Notes under the pieces: model-generated
Seen by the model: the letters and a program-made list of their open reading frames with translations, nothing else
Database searches by the model: none
What the model was told of the DNA's origin: nothing
Part shown: positions 19,861 through 28,546 of the stretch, piece by piece
Layout: each line of letters opens with the position of its first letter
Numbering within the stretch: the stretch's first letter is position 1
Origin: an uncultured delta proteobacterium
GTDB taxonomy: Bacteria > Desulfobacterota > Binatia > Binatales > Binataceae
Direction of reading: 5' to 3'
Assembly: GCA_963842085.1 (NCBI GenBank)
Contig: CAWJET010000002.1
Span: 832,001-896,000 of the forward strand
Length of the DNA: 64,000 nucleotides
Made by a program: the position numbers and the translations under genes

Positions 19861-21336
19861 TCAGAGAGAGCTGACGACGGACGCGAAGCGGCGGATGCCT
19901 GCTGCGATTTGCTTCTCCGGCATCGACGCGTAGCCCAGCAGCAGCCCAACCTGGGTCGGCGGGTTCAGGTAAAACGGCTCGACCGAGTACACGCCGACGC
20001 CCGCGCGCGCTGCCCTTATCTGCAACTCGCGCGCTTTCGACCCCGGCAAATCGCGGAGCCACAGCACCAGATGAAGACCGGCATTGACGCCCGACACCTG
20101 CGCGCGGCTGCCCAGGTGGCGCTCGATCGCTTCGAGCATCGCGGCCCGGCGGCGCGCGTTGCGCGTGCGCATCCGATGCAGATGCCGTTCGAAGTGGCCG
20201 TCGCGGATGAAATCGACCAATGCGGCCTGCGTGAGGCTGGGTCCTCCCGTGTCCATCAGGGCCTTGGCCGAGCGGAGCGGCTCGATCAGCCGCTCAGGAA
20301 GAATCATGTATCCGAGCCGCAGCGAAGGAAACATCACTTTCGAGAACGTGGCCGCGTAGAGCACGCAGCCACTGTCGTCGAGTGCGGCAAGCGCCTCGAT
20401 GGGACGGCCCGAGTAGCGATACTCGCTGTCGTAGTCGTCCTCGAATATGCAGGCGCCGGTTCGCCGCGCCCATGAGAGCAACTCCAGCCGCCGCCCCAGC
20501 GGCATCACCGCGCCGGTCGGAAACTGATGCGACGGTGTCACGATGGCCAGCCGGCTGAGCGTACGCCGAGCCGCAAGCTCCTCGGTTCGCAAGCCGTGCT
20601 CGTCCACGGCGATCGTTTCGATCCTCGCGCCGGCGGCTCTCATCACGGTGCGCGCACCGCGATAGTGCGGCTCCTCCATCAGGACGACGTCGCCGGGGTC
20701 GACGAGTACGCGTGCCGCCAGGTCCAGGGCCTGCTGCGAGCCGTTGACCACGAGAACCTGCTCTGGCGAGCACGCGATCGCGCGCGCACGAGCGACATAA
20801 TCGGCAATCGCCTCGCGCAGCGCGGGCAACCCCTCCGGCGGGCCGTAGTCGAGCTCGCGAAGCGTGACGCGGCGCGCGCAACGCGCCATCACGCGGCACC
20901 ACGTTTCGTGCGGGAAATCGGTGAACGAGGGCCGGCCGTAGCGGAAGTCGTAAGGCAACACGTCGCGCCGCGGCTCCCAGGTGAACTGCACGCCCTGCGA
21001 CGCATCCCGCACGCGTCGCGCGTAGGCCGACAGATGCAGTGGCGCGGAAGTCCGCGCCGCGGCGGGCCGGCGTCCTGCGTCGGTAGTAGTGAGAGCGCGC
21101 GGCAGTTCGCGCGCGACAAACGTGCCCGCACCCTTGCGCGGGGTAAGGTAGCCCTCGTCGAGCAGTTGCCGATACGCCATTATCGCGACGTTGCGCGAAA
21201 CGCCCAATTCGAGCGCGAGGTCGCGCGTGGCCGGCACACGCGAGCCCGCGGACAATCGCCCCTTGAGTATCTGACCTCTCAGCGCCCGGTAAATCTGATC
21301 GTACAGGGCGCCGTCGGTATCGAGTTTCAGGAACAT
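19861..21336 (-). CDS. MocR/GabR-type GntR regulator with PLP-dependent aminotransferase domain
   Basis: wHTH PATRDLALELGVSRN; TPSHQFPTG, EDDYDSEY, TFSKVMFPSLRLG. Confidence 0.93.
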   Translation of the reverse strand: MFLKLDTDGALYDQIYRALRGQILKGRLSAGSRVPATRDLALELGVSRNVAIMAYRQLLDEGYLTPRKGAGTFVARELPRALTTTDAGRRPAAARTSAPLHLSAYARRVRDASQGVQFTWEPRRDVLPYDFRYGRPSFTDFPHETWCRVMARCARRVTLRELDYGPPEGLPALREAIADYVARARAIACSPEQVLVVNGSQQALDLAARVLVDPGDVVLMEEPHYRGARTVMRAAGARIETIAVDEHGLRTEELAARRTLSRLAIVTPSHQFPTGAVMPLGRRLELLSWARRTGACIFEDDYDSEYRYSGRPIEALAALDDSGCVLYAATFSKVMFPSLRLGYMILPERLIEPLRSAKALMDTGGPSLTQAALVDFIRDGHFERHLHRMRTRNARRRAAMLEAIERHLGSRAQVSGVNAGLHLVLWLRDLPGSKARELQIRAARAGVGVYSVEPFYLNPPTQVGLLLGYASMPEKQIAAGIRRFASVVSSL

Positions 21337-21383
21337 CCGGGCACCTCTGGGAGCGACCGTACTACGCCGATATACATTGACGG

Positions 21384-21431
21384 AAGTGGATCCATATTTA
21401 TTTCCTAAAGTGGAGCCATTGCTGGTCCACT
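21384..21431. promoter_or_regulatory. Candidate MocR operator: two direct repeats and one inverted copy
   Basis: AAGTGGATCCAT (21384), AAGTGGAGCCAT (21408) and inverted TGGTCCACT (21423), between the MocR gene and the divergent operon. Confidence 0.6.
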
Positions 21432-21460
21432 CATGTTAGCCGCCGAGCACATCATGCTCA

Positions 21461-21877
21461 ATGATGGACGCAAGCGAACAACTCAACCGCGACCTGCTTC
21501 CATTCGCAAAGCTGCTCGGAATCAAGTTTCTCACGGCGACGGCGGAATGCGTGAGGGCGGAGATGAAGGTTCGCGAGGACATGTGCACGCGGCCCGCGGT
21601 GCTGCACGGCGGTGCGATGATGGCGCTGGCCGACACGCTCGGCGGCTGTGCGACTGCGCTGAATCTGCGCGACGGCGCCACGACCACCACGATCGAATCG
21701 AAGACCAACTTCCTCGCGCAGGCGATGGCCGGCACGACGGTGCGGGCGGAGTGCGTCGCGATTCATCGCGGACGGCGCACGATGGTCTGGCAGACGCGAG
21801 TGACGTCGGAGAACGGCAAGCTGCTCGCACTCGTCACGCAAACGCAGATGGTTATCCCGAGCAAACCCCAAAAGTGA
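21461..21877 (+). CDS. PaaI family thioesterase
   Basis: LHGGAMMALADTLG and TIESKTNFL hotdog-fold motifs. Confidence 0.9.
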   Translation: MMDASEQLNRDLLPFAKLLGIKFLTATAECVRAEMKVREDMCTRPAVLHGGAMMALADTLGGCATALNLRDGATTTTIESKTNFLAQAMAGTTVRAECVAIHRGRRTMVWQTRVTSENGKLLALVTQTQMVIPSKPQK

Positions 21878-21910
21878 TCTCAAATATCTCGCATGGAATG
21901 GAGGAAGACG

Positions 21911-22582
21911 ATGCAGCTCTATTACTCTCCGCTCAGCGTGTACAGCGCCAAACCGCGGATCGCAATGTACGAGAAGGCGATCGCGCACGAGACCCGGCTG
22001 GTCAACTGGACGCCCGCCGCCGGATGGATCAAGCCGGCGGAACTGCCGCGGTTGAATCCCAAAGCGCAGATTCCGGTGCTGGTCGATGGCGACGCGGTGA
22101 TCTACGACTCGACGATCATCCTGGAATACCTTGAGGAGCGCTTTCCCAAGACGCCGCTGTTCCCCACCGGCGCCGCCGAGCGCGCGCGATGCAGGATCCT
22201 CGAGGATCTCGGCGACACGCTGCTGGCGCCGAACCTCGGCGTGCTGGTGCGCGAAGTGTTCATGAAGCCGGACCCGTCCACGCGGGACAGCAGCGCGGTC
22301 GCGCAGACGAAGGCCGAGCTCGCGCGACAGTACGAGCGGCTCGATCGCGAGCTTGGCGTGCGCAAGTACCTGTGCGGTGAATTCAGCGTCGCGGATATCT
22401 CGTGCTTCTCGCCAATCAACATCGCCTCGCTGATGGAGGGCGCGCCGCCGCCTGAGTGTGAGAAGGTGGCGACGTGGCTGGCGGCGATGCGCAGCCGGCC
22501 GAGCGTGTCGCGTTACCTGGCCGAGTTCGCTGAGGCGTTGAAGCAACTGGGCGCGCCGGCGCCGGCATCCGCGCACGCCTGA
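21911..22582 (+). CDS. Glutathione S-transferase family protein
   Basis: LNPKAQIPVLVD, YDSTIILEYLEE, FSVADI; GGAGG RBS. Confidence 0.9.
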   Translation: MQLYYSPLSVYSAKPRIAMYEKAIAHETRLVNWTPAAGWIKPAELPRLNPKAQIPVLVDGDAVIYDSTIILEYLEERFPKTPLFPTGAAERARCRILEDLGDTLLAPNLGVLVREVFMKPDPSTRDSSAVAQTKAELARQYERLDRELGVRKYLCGEFSVADISCFSPINIASLMEGAPPPECEKVATWLAAMRSRPSVSRYLAEFAEALKQLGAPAPASAHA

Positions 22583-22612
22583 TGGTTCGACGGACAAGCC
22601 TCTAAAGCACAA

Positions 22613-22653
22613 GGCGGAGTGAGCGAGCGCCACGGGGGTTCGCTTACTCCGCC
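22613..22653. repeat. Intergenic inverted repeat/hairpin
   Basis: GGCGGAGTGAGCGA-N13-TCGCTTACTCCGCC, a 14-bp stem with one G-U pair. Confidence 0.6.
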
Positions 22654-22726
22654 CCGCCAGATACTCCAAAACAAATTGGCTGATCCGGTTTGCACGAACG
22701 CGACAACCGTCCGATGATCCGGTGCT

Positions 22727-23344
22727 ATGAGTACGCTCCTGGTCGATGGGCCACAGACAGCGGCTAGGTCGTTCTTGTTTGCGCATGGCGCCGGAGCGCC
22801 GATGGATTCGCCGTTCATGCAGCGGGTAGCTGAAGGAGTGGCAGCGTCGGGCGTACGCGTGATCCGGTTCGAGTTTCCGTACATGCAACGGCGGCGGGAG
22901 ACTGGCAAAGGAGGGGCGCCCGATCAGACGCGCCTGCTGATGCAATCCTTCCTCGATATGATCGAAGAAGTGGGTGGCGGGAGCAGGCTTGTGATCGGCG
23001 GGAAGTCGCTTGGCGGCAGGATCGCGAGCATGGTGGCGGATGAAGCCGCGGTGCTCGGTGTGGTGTGCCTCGGCTATCCGTTTCATCCTCCTGGCAAGGC
23101 TGAGAAGACGCGCACGAAGCATCTCGAAAACCTGCGGACGCCGACATTGATTCTCCAGGGGACACGAGACAGCCTGGGACGCCCGGAAGAAGTCGGCAGC
23201 TACAAGCTATCGCCCGCATTACGGATTGAATGGCTCGAAGATGGCGATCACTCCTTCAAGCCGCGAGCACGCAGCGGCCGCACCGAAGCCGACAACATGC
23301 GCGCGGCCATCGCACTCACCGCTGACTTCATAGCCCGTTGTTGA
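22727..23344 (+). CDS. Alpha/beta hydrolase (KANL3/Tex30-like)
   Basis: HGAGAPMDS, GKSLGGR nucleophile elbow, GYPFHPPG, QGTRD, GDHS. Confidence 0.88.
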   Translation: MSTLLVDGPQTAARSFLFAHGAGAPMDSPFMQRVAEGVAASGVRVIRFEFPYMQRRRETGKGGAPDQTRLLMQSFLDMIEEVGGGSRLVIGGKSLGGRIASMVADEAAVLGVVCLGYPFHPPGKAEKTRTKHLENLRTPTLILQGTRDSLGRPEEVGSYKLSPALRIEWLEDGDHSFKPRARSGRTEADNMRAAIALTADFIARC

Positions 23345-23458
23345 GTGCCTTACGAGCAACACGACGGTCAGACGGGCGGATTCTGACTGACCGAATAGCG
23401 AGAAAAGAGCGACCGAAACCTAAGGATGAAGGATGGGCTGAGTGATGGGACGCCGGTG

Positions 23459-24214
23459 CTACTTTCCCATTTGAGCAACGGCGTTGTGCAGTGGAACACT
23501 GGAAATTTGAATCAGCCCCGCGAACGGGCGGTCGAGCTCGAGGATCATGAAGATCGCGCCGGAAACGGAAAGGGCGCACAGGAAAAGGGTGAAGATTACG
23601 GTCGCATTCGGCGGCGCGAAAAGTCCGAAGCTAAGGAAGATAATAGTCACCCAGAAGATCAGCAGCACGAGAAACGGCATCGGGATCGAGTGGCCGCCCT
23701 GCTCGAACAGCAGCCAGCGCGTCTGTCCAATGTCGATACTCATCTTTACGGCCTGGGCCTGGAGCGAGCGTTGAACTTCGTTCTGCGGCGAGAGTTCCTG
23801 TATCTTATCATAGAAGGCTTCGGCCGCAGTCGCGGTCGGCGCCGTCTCCGCGTTTCCCGAACGGTTTTCGGACCAAATCAGATCGATCATTCCGGCGGCG
23901 GAACGGCGGAGCAGAGCGCGAGCTTCTTTCGTCTCCGGCCCGTAATGTTCGAGTACGCGATCGAGCAGGATGATGTTAGCCGAGAGCTGAGTAATTTCAT
24001 TTCTTTGCGTGTCGTAAGAACCCTTTGCCGAGTTGATCAGAAGCGCGAGAACCAGGGCCGACATCGTTGCGGTTAGAGCCATGCCAAGCTTGATTACATC
24101 CTTGGAATCCGGACTCAGATGATGCTCGGGCAGAATCCGGTGAAGGGCCATCCCGAGAAGCGCGCCGCCAAAAACACACGACAGCACGATCCAACCGACG
24201 TCGATTGGGCTCAC
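23459..24214 (-). CDS. DUF4239/bestrophin-like membrane protein
   Basis: LPEHHLSPDSKDVIKLGM, ALVLALLINSAK, ILELDRPFAGLIQISS. Confidence 0.7.
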   Translation of the reverse strand: MSPIDVGWIVLSCVFGGALLGMALHRILPEHHLSPDSKDVIKLGMALTATMSALVLALLINSAKGSYDTQRNEITQLSANIILLDRVLEHYGPETKEARALLRRSAAGMIDLIWSENRSGNAETAPTATAAEAFYDKIQELSPQNEVQRSLQAQAVKMSIDIGQTRWLLFEQGGHSIPMPFLVLLIFWVTIIFLSFGLFAPPNATVIFTLFLCALSVSGAIFMILELDRPFAGLIQISSVPLHNAVAQMGK

Positions 24215-24484
24215 GAGTAGTTCCTCCGAACCGCGGTTTCCTGAACGGGCCGCTGGACCTTTAGAAGTGATCGATCCACAGAGCTACCGTGCCAGGGATC
24301 GCCAGAAATTGGGATACAGCAAGGCGAATCCGAACGTGATCGCGTATCTCGGAACCGGCCCTTCGCCCGACACCTTCCGGACGGGCTCGGCGAAGCAGTT
24401 AACCATTGGCAGCCTGCGCGACACACGCTCGCATACTGGCGCCTAAGAATAAAGCCAGCATCGGGGCTATTGCACGACCACTCA

Positions 24485-25267
24485 TTAACCCGAGGCATCG
24501 GAACGGCGGGACTTATCTGCTGCATGCGTATCTGCAGATTGGCTCATCTGCATCCCCACCAGTCGGGCGACCAGGATCGCGAGATAGAACTGTCCGGTGA
24601 TACCTTCCGCCACCGCCGCGTAGCGGGCCTGGAGAGTTAAAGGGGTGATGTCGCCAAAGCCGATAGTAGAGAGCGTGGTGAGGCTGAAATAGATAAGAAC
24701 CGGGATAACTTGTTGTTCGGAAAGGGGTCCTACCGTACCGAAGCTGAAGGCATTGGGTTGCAGGTCGTGAAGGACGATGTAGAACAGCCCGCAGGTCAAG
24801 CCGAGCAGCAGATAGGTCGAAATTGACATGCTGATTACTTCCCTCGTAACCTCCTTCTGCTTCAATACGGCGCGCAATTCATTCCAGGTAATGTAGACAA
24901 AGAGCAGCAGCCAGAGAATCGAACCGGCCAGGTAGATCGAACGGCTAGGTGTAAAGAGAACGACCAACCGTTCCGCGATTGCGGGGATTCCCAGTGTCCA
25001 GGCAATAATGCTCCTCCGCCTCCGCTGGGCCAGGAGCACTTCCCGCTCGCCCACCAGTTCATCGACGTCGATGTTGTACAGGGCCAGCAGCAGCAGCACC
25101 AAGATCGCGCTGCTGAACATGATCGGGCCGGCTCCCGAATCGCCGACCAAAGGCCGCACCAGGAACGCGGCTATGAGCGCGACAAGCAACGCGGTATGCC
25201 TGTGCGGCGCCAGACGAAGGTGGAGTTCGTCTCGCAGTTGGCCGAGAAGACTAGTCTCAATTGACAT
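24485..25267 (-). CDS. Potassium channel family protein (Ion_trans_2)
   Basis: YFSLTTLSTIGFGDITP pore/filter; EGITGQFYLAILVARLVG. Confidence 0.88.
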   Translation of the reverse strand: MSIETSLLGQLRDELHLRLAPHRHTALLVALIAAFLVRPLVGDSGAGPIMFSSAILVLLLLALYNIDVDELVGEREVLLAQRRRRSIIAWTLGIPAIAERLVVLFTPSRSIYLAGSILWLLLFVYITWNELRAVLKQKEVTREVISMSISTYLLLGLTCGLFYIVLHDLQPNAFSFGTVGPLSEQQVIPVLIYFSLTTLSTIGFGDITPLTLQARYAAVAEGITGQFYLAILVARLVGMQMSQSADTHAADKSRRSDASG

Positions 25268-25282
25268 AGAACCCGGGGCGCC

Positions 25283-26236
25283 CTACTCGTCTACTTCATC
25301 CCAGGTCTTGTCGGGATTGTATTCGCTAATTTCGACCGCCAACCTGGCGGTATCGGGCCCTAGGTCCTTTTGAACGATGACACCATCCTGATTGATCATG
25401 AATGTCATCACTCCCGAAGCCCGATATTCGGCGGGATAGGCGAGGAATGCGAAGCCCTTGGTCATTTTGCCATCAACCAGGTAGTCCTTGGCCCCGCCCG
25501 GAGCATTTCTGCCCTGCCTTGTCAGTACTCGGTAGTAGTACCCGTGAAACGGGACAGGATTTCCGCCGCTGTCCTTTTTGTACCCCTCGGCGGTGGCACG
25601 CGCGACGAGTGCTCCAATAGGACTCTCGGGCTGTCCTTCGGCGGCTTCCCAATACAAACCGTTTTGCTTGCCGCTATCGCTCAGAATTTTTCGAGCGAAC
25701 TGACCGGCGTTTTCGCCATCGTGCGCTTCGCTGGCATACTCCGACTGAGCGTCAGCCAGATCTTCGAGAACCTTGATCGTGAACAGCTCGTTTCGACCTA
25801 TTCGCCTGTACAGCAGTTCTTCTTTGCCGGCCGCCGTATCGAAGACCCAGCCGCCGTTTTTCTTTACGAGCGGAATTGGGACCGGCCAGTTATCGGCGCC
25901 GATATAGAGAATGACGCGGCCCTGATCGTCGTACTCGAGCCGATGCATCTCCTGGTAGCGGCGCACGAAGTTATCGCGCGCGTTCTTGTCGGCGACCGGG
26001 TCTCCCGATGACAGGACCTGATCCGCGTCTGGGCCCAATATTGCGCTCAGTGTCTTCATGTCGTCCGCTTTACCGGCGGTGACCAGAGCAGTGGCGGCAG
26101 CGTCCGGCGATGGGAACACCTGTTGCGTGGCGGTTTCTTCGGCGGAGGCGAAAGGCACAACCAGCAAGCATGCCAAAAGGAGCACGGAAAGGACGAGCGC
26201 GTTCCTAACTCCGGAATAGTTGAAAAGTTCGGACAT
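25283..26236 (-). CDS. DUF2950 family periplasmic protein
   Basis: WPVPIPLVK, WVFDTAAGKEELLYRRIGRNE, GLYW, PFHGYYY, PAEYRASGVMTF. Confidence 0.88.
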   Translation of the reverse strand: MSELFNYSGVRNALVLSVLLLACLLVVPFASAEETATQQVFPSPDAAATALVTAGKADDMKTLSAILGPDADQVLSSGDPVADKNARDNFVRRYQEMHRLEYDDQGRVILYIGADNWPVPIPLVKKNGGWVFDTAAGKEELLYRRIGRNELFTIKVLEDLADAQSEYASEAHDGENAGQFARKILSDSGKQNGLYWEAAEGQPESPIGALVARATAEGYKKDSGGNPVPFHGYYYRVLTRQGRNAPGGAKDYLVDGKMTKGFAFLAYPAEYRASGVMTFMINQDGVIVQKDLGPDTARLAVEISEYNPDKTWDEVDE

Positions 26237-26323
26237 GGACGTTTCCCCTGTGCCATCAGCGGCGCGGCGCAGATTGAGGTCGAGGCATTCCTTCAGCATT
26301 TCATTCGGCTTCATTGGAATTCC

Positions 26324-27886
26324 TCATCGACCTTTTTTTCCGCCGCCTCGATTCCCACCACCTCCGCCGTTACCGCCCGCGCCGCGCTTGGCATTACCGC
26401 CGCCACCGGCGGTGCCACGTCCGCCGGCGGGTTTTTGGTTTCCCTTGAAGCTTGCTTGTCCGCGGTCGCTGTTGGCGCGAGCGGCGCCGCCGGCTTCATA
26501 TCCTCCCCCCAAGGCGCTATTGCGGCCGCCCGCGCTGCCTTTGTCTTTCGCGAACCCTCGGGCTGGATCCGCTGCACGATTCTCGGGCTTGGCCGCGGGT
26601 CGATTTGACGCGACGGGATTGGAAGGTTGATTGGGCCTATTCTTCGCGACCTCCTTCCTGCCCGGATTGGGCCCGCCTGGATTGTTGGGAAGTGTACTCG
26701 CCTTGGGAAAATTGGGCTTGGCGATGTTGGGATTGGCTGGCCTGGCGGTTGCGGGGTTGTATGGCCGCGTTGCCGGAATTGCGCCGTTGTTCGGACGATT
26801 GTATCCGCCGCCGTTGTAGGGAGGCTTGGCACCCGGGGGTGGCATCGGTCGCGCCGGGTATCCTGGACGCGGATATCCTCCGTTGGGGGGATAACCCCCG
26901 TTGGGTGGCCGGTAGGCAGGAGGCCGTCCTGGGTACACGTTGTTGTTGGTGACGTAAACGTTGTTGTTGTACTTGACCGAGCTGCCGCCGCCCCCGTACC
27001 AATTGCAGCCCCAGTTGTTGTGCCCATTGTTAATCAGCGACCCGAGCAGGATTCCGGCGCCGAACGACAAGACACCGGTAAGAAGCAGATCACTCCCGGT
27101 GTATCCCGGCGGCGCCGCGACCGGCGCGCCGTAAGCACTGGTCGGATTGTACTGCGGGACGTAAACCGTATTGGGCTGCGCCGGCTGAATGATGACCGTC
27201 TGCTGCACCGAGGGCTGTGCGGCGCCCTGAGCGGCGGGAGGCGCCGGCTCGACCTCAACTTTCTGCTGCGCCGTGGACTTCAGAGTTCCCGCGTCGATCG
27301 CCATCTTGCGCAGGACCTGGATAGCATTCATCACGTCGGCGGGCTGATTGTAGTACGCCTCGCCCAGCGCCGAGGTCCACGCCAGGTTGTCGTTCATCGT
27401 TTGAAGCACGGTAGGGAACTGGGTCAGCGACTTGATGCTGGGATCCCAGGGCTGCTGATTCACTTGCGCGGCTAACTGGTCGCCGGTCAGGTTGGGGTTC
27501 TGCTTCAGCCATCTATCTGCTTCCACCACCTGAGTCGGGTAGGTGGATCCGGCCAGTATCTGCGCCACCAGCACGTCAGGGTAGAGCGCGATAGGTGAGA
27601 CCAGCTCCTGCAGCTCATGCGCGGTAGCAGCGCCCGGCGGAGGACCGGGTTCGGCGGCCGCTGCGGGAGGCGGAGCATCCGGCGCCACGGTAGGCGCGAC
27701 GCTGGGTTGCGCCTGCGATGACGGCTCCGGCGCCGGTTGGTCCTCGCCACGCGAGCAACCGGTGACCATCGGCGACGTGGAGAGCAAAACCGCCGCCGCC
27801 AGTATCAGTGGCAGTGTTCGGCCCTCAGGCCTGGATAGTAGTTTCGTTCCAGAAGAACCTCGGCGTCGATCGACCGAAAATTTCAC
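26324..27886 (-). CDS. DUF3300 family lipoprotein with Pro/Gly/Asn-rich tail
   Basis: LVSPIALYPDVLVAQILAGSTYP, WDPSIKSL, VYVPQYNP; lipobox VTGC. Confidence 0.88.
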   Translation of the reverse strand: MKFSVDRRRGSSGTKLLSRPEGRTLPLILAAAVLLSTSPMVTGCSRGEDQPAPEPSSQAQPSVAPTVAPDAPPPAAAAEPGPPPGAATAHELQELVSPIALYPDVLVAQILAGSTYPTQVVEADRWLKQNPNLTGDQLAAQVNQQPWDPSIKSLTQFPTVLQTMNDNLAWTSALGEAYYNQPADVMNAIQVLRKMAIDAGTLKSTAQQKVEVEPAPPAAQGAAQPSVQQTVIIQPAQPNTVYVPQYNPTSAYGAPVAAPPGYTGSDLLLTGVLSFGAGILLGSLINNGHNNWGCNWYGGGGSSVKYNNNVYVTNNNVYPGRPPAYRPPNGGYPPNGGYPRPGYPARPMPPPGAKPPYNGGGYNRPNNGAIPATRPYNPATARPANPNIAKPNFPKASTLPNNPGGPNPGRKEVAKNRPNQPSNPVASNRPAAKPENRAADPARGFAKDKGSAGGRNSALGGGYEAGGAARANSDRGQASFKGNQKPAGGRGTAGGGGNAKRGAGGNGGGGGNRGGGKKGR

Positions 27887-27952
27887 TATCGTCTCCTTGC
27901 TCGCGAGGTCGGTTTGGACTTCGCATTGGAGAAATCAGTTTCCATATTTGCC

Positions 27953-28546
27953 CTACGACTTTTGCTCGGCTTCCGCGCGAATTGCTGCCGCTATGTCGGC
28001 GCTCAGCTTCGTCAGCGCCTGGCTGTGCGCGGCCGCGAGCGCATCGAAGCCCTGACCCTGCACGGGCTCGCGCGCGACGGTGCGGCCTGAGCGGGTCACT
28101 CCGTCCGCGGTCTTGCGCACCGTCCACACTGCCTCGACCGTCGCGGCCTGGCCCTGAACCGACTCGAAGCGCTGGACGTCGATCGTCACCCTGTAGTCCG
28201 GCGTGAAGTTAGCTAGCTGGGCCGTGGCCACGTCCGGCGTGCCGAGCAGCACGACCAGGTCGCCGGCGACGGCGCGCGCGACGGCGTCGTTCAGCGGTGC
28301 GACCCATCGGTTGAACTCGTCAACCTCGACGCGGTTCGGCGCGACCTGGACCACGAACTCCGGCTGATCGACCGAAGCAGGTATCGTGACCGGCCCGACC
28401 GCTACGGTCGCAGGCGTGGACGGGGTGCCGTCGGCGGTGGCGGTGGAGGCCAGCGAGTAGAAGCGCGACGGGGCCGTGCTGCATCCGGCGGCCAACGCTG
28501 CCGCCAACGCGATCGAGATCAGTTGCGTGATACGCCGTGCCGTCAC
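27953..28546 (-). CDS. pqiC: PqiC family lipoprotein
   Basis: Lipobox AAGC; VGPVTIPASVDQP, RWVAPL; directly follows pqiB. Confidence 0.85.
   Translation of the reverse strand: MTARRITQLISIALAAALAAGCSTAPSRFYSLASTATADGTPSTPATVAVGPVTIPASVDQPEFVVQVAPNRVEVDEFNRWVAPLNDAVARAVAGDLVVLLGTPDVATAQLANFTPDYRVTIDVQRFESVQGQAATVEAVWTVRKTADGVTRSGRTVAREPVQGQGFDALAAAHSQALTKLSADIAAAIRAEAEQKS

Noticed and set aside
21458-23122. 554-aa minus-strand ORF, and other long shadow ORFs such as 11694..12980, 44376..45533 and 62562..63821
   Set aside because: They are antisense to well-supported genes, have no recognisable motifs, and are expected in GC-rich DNA.
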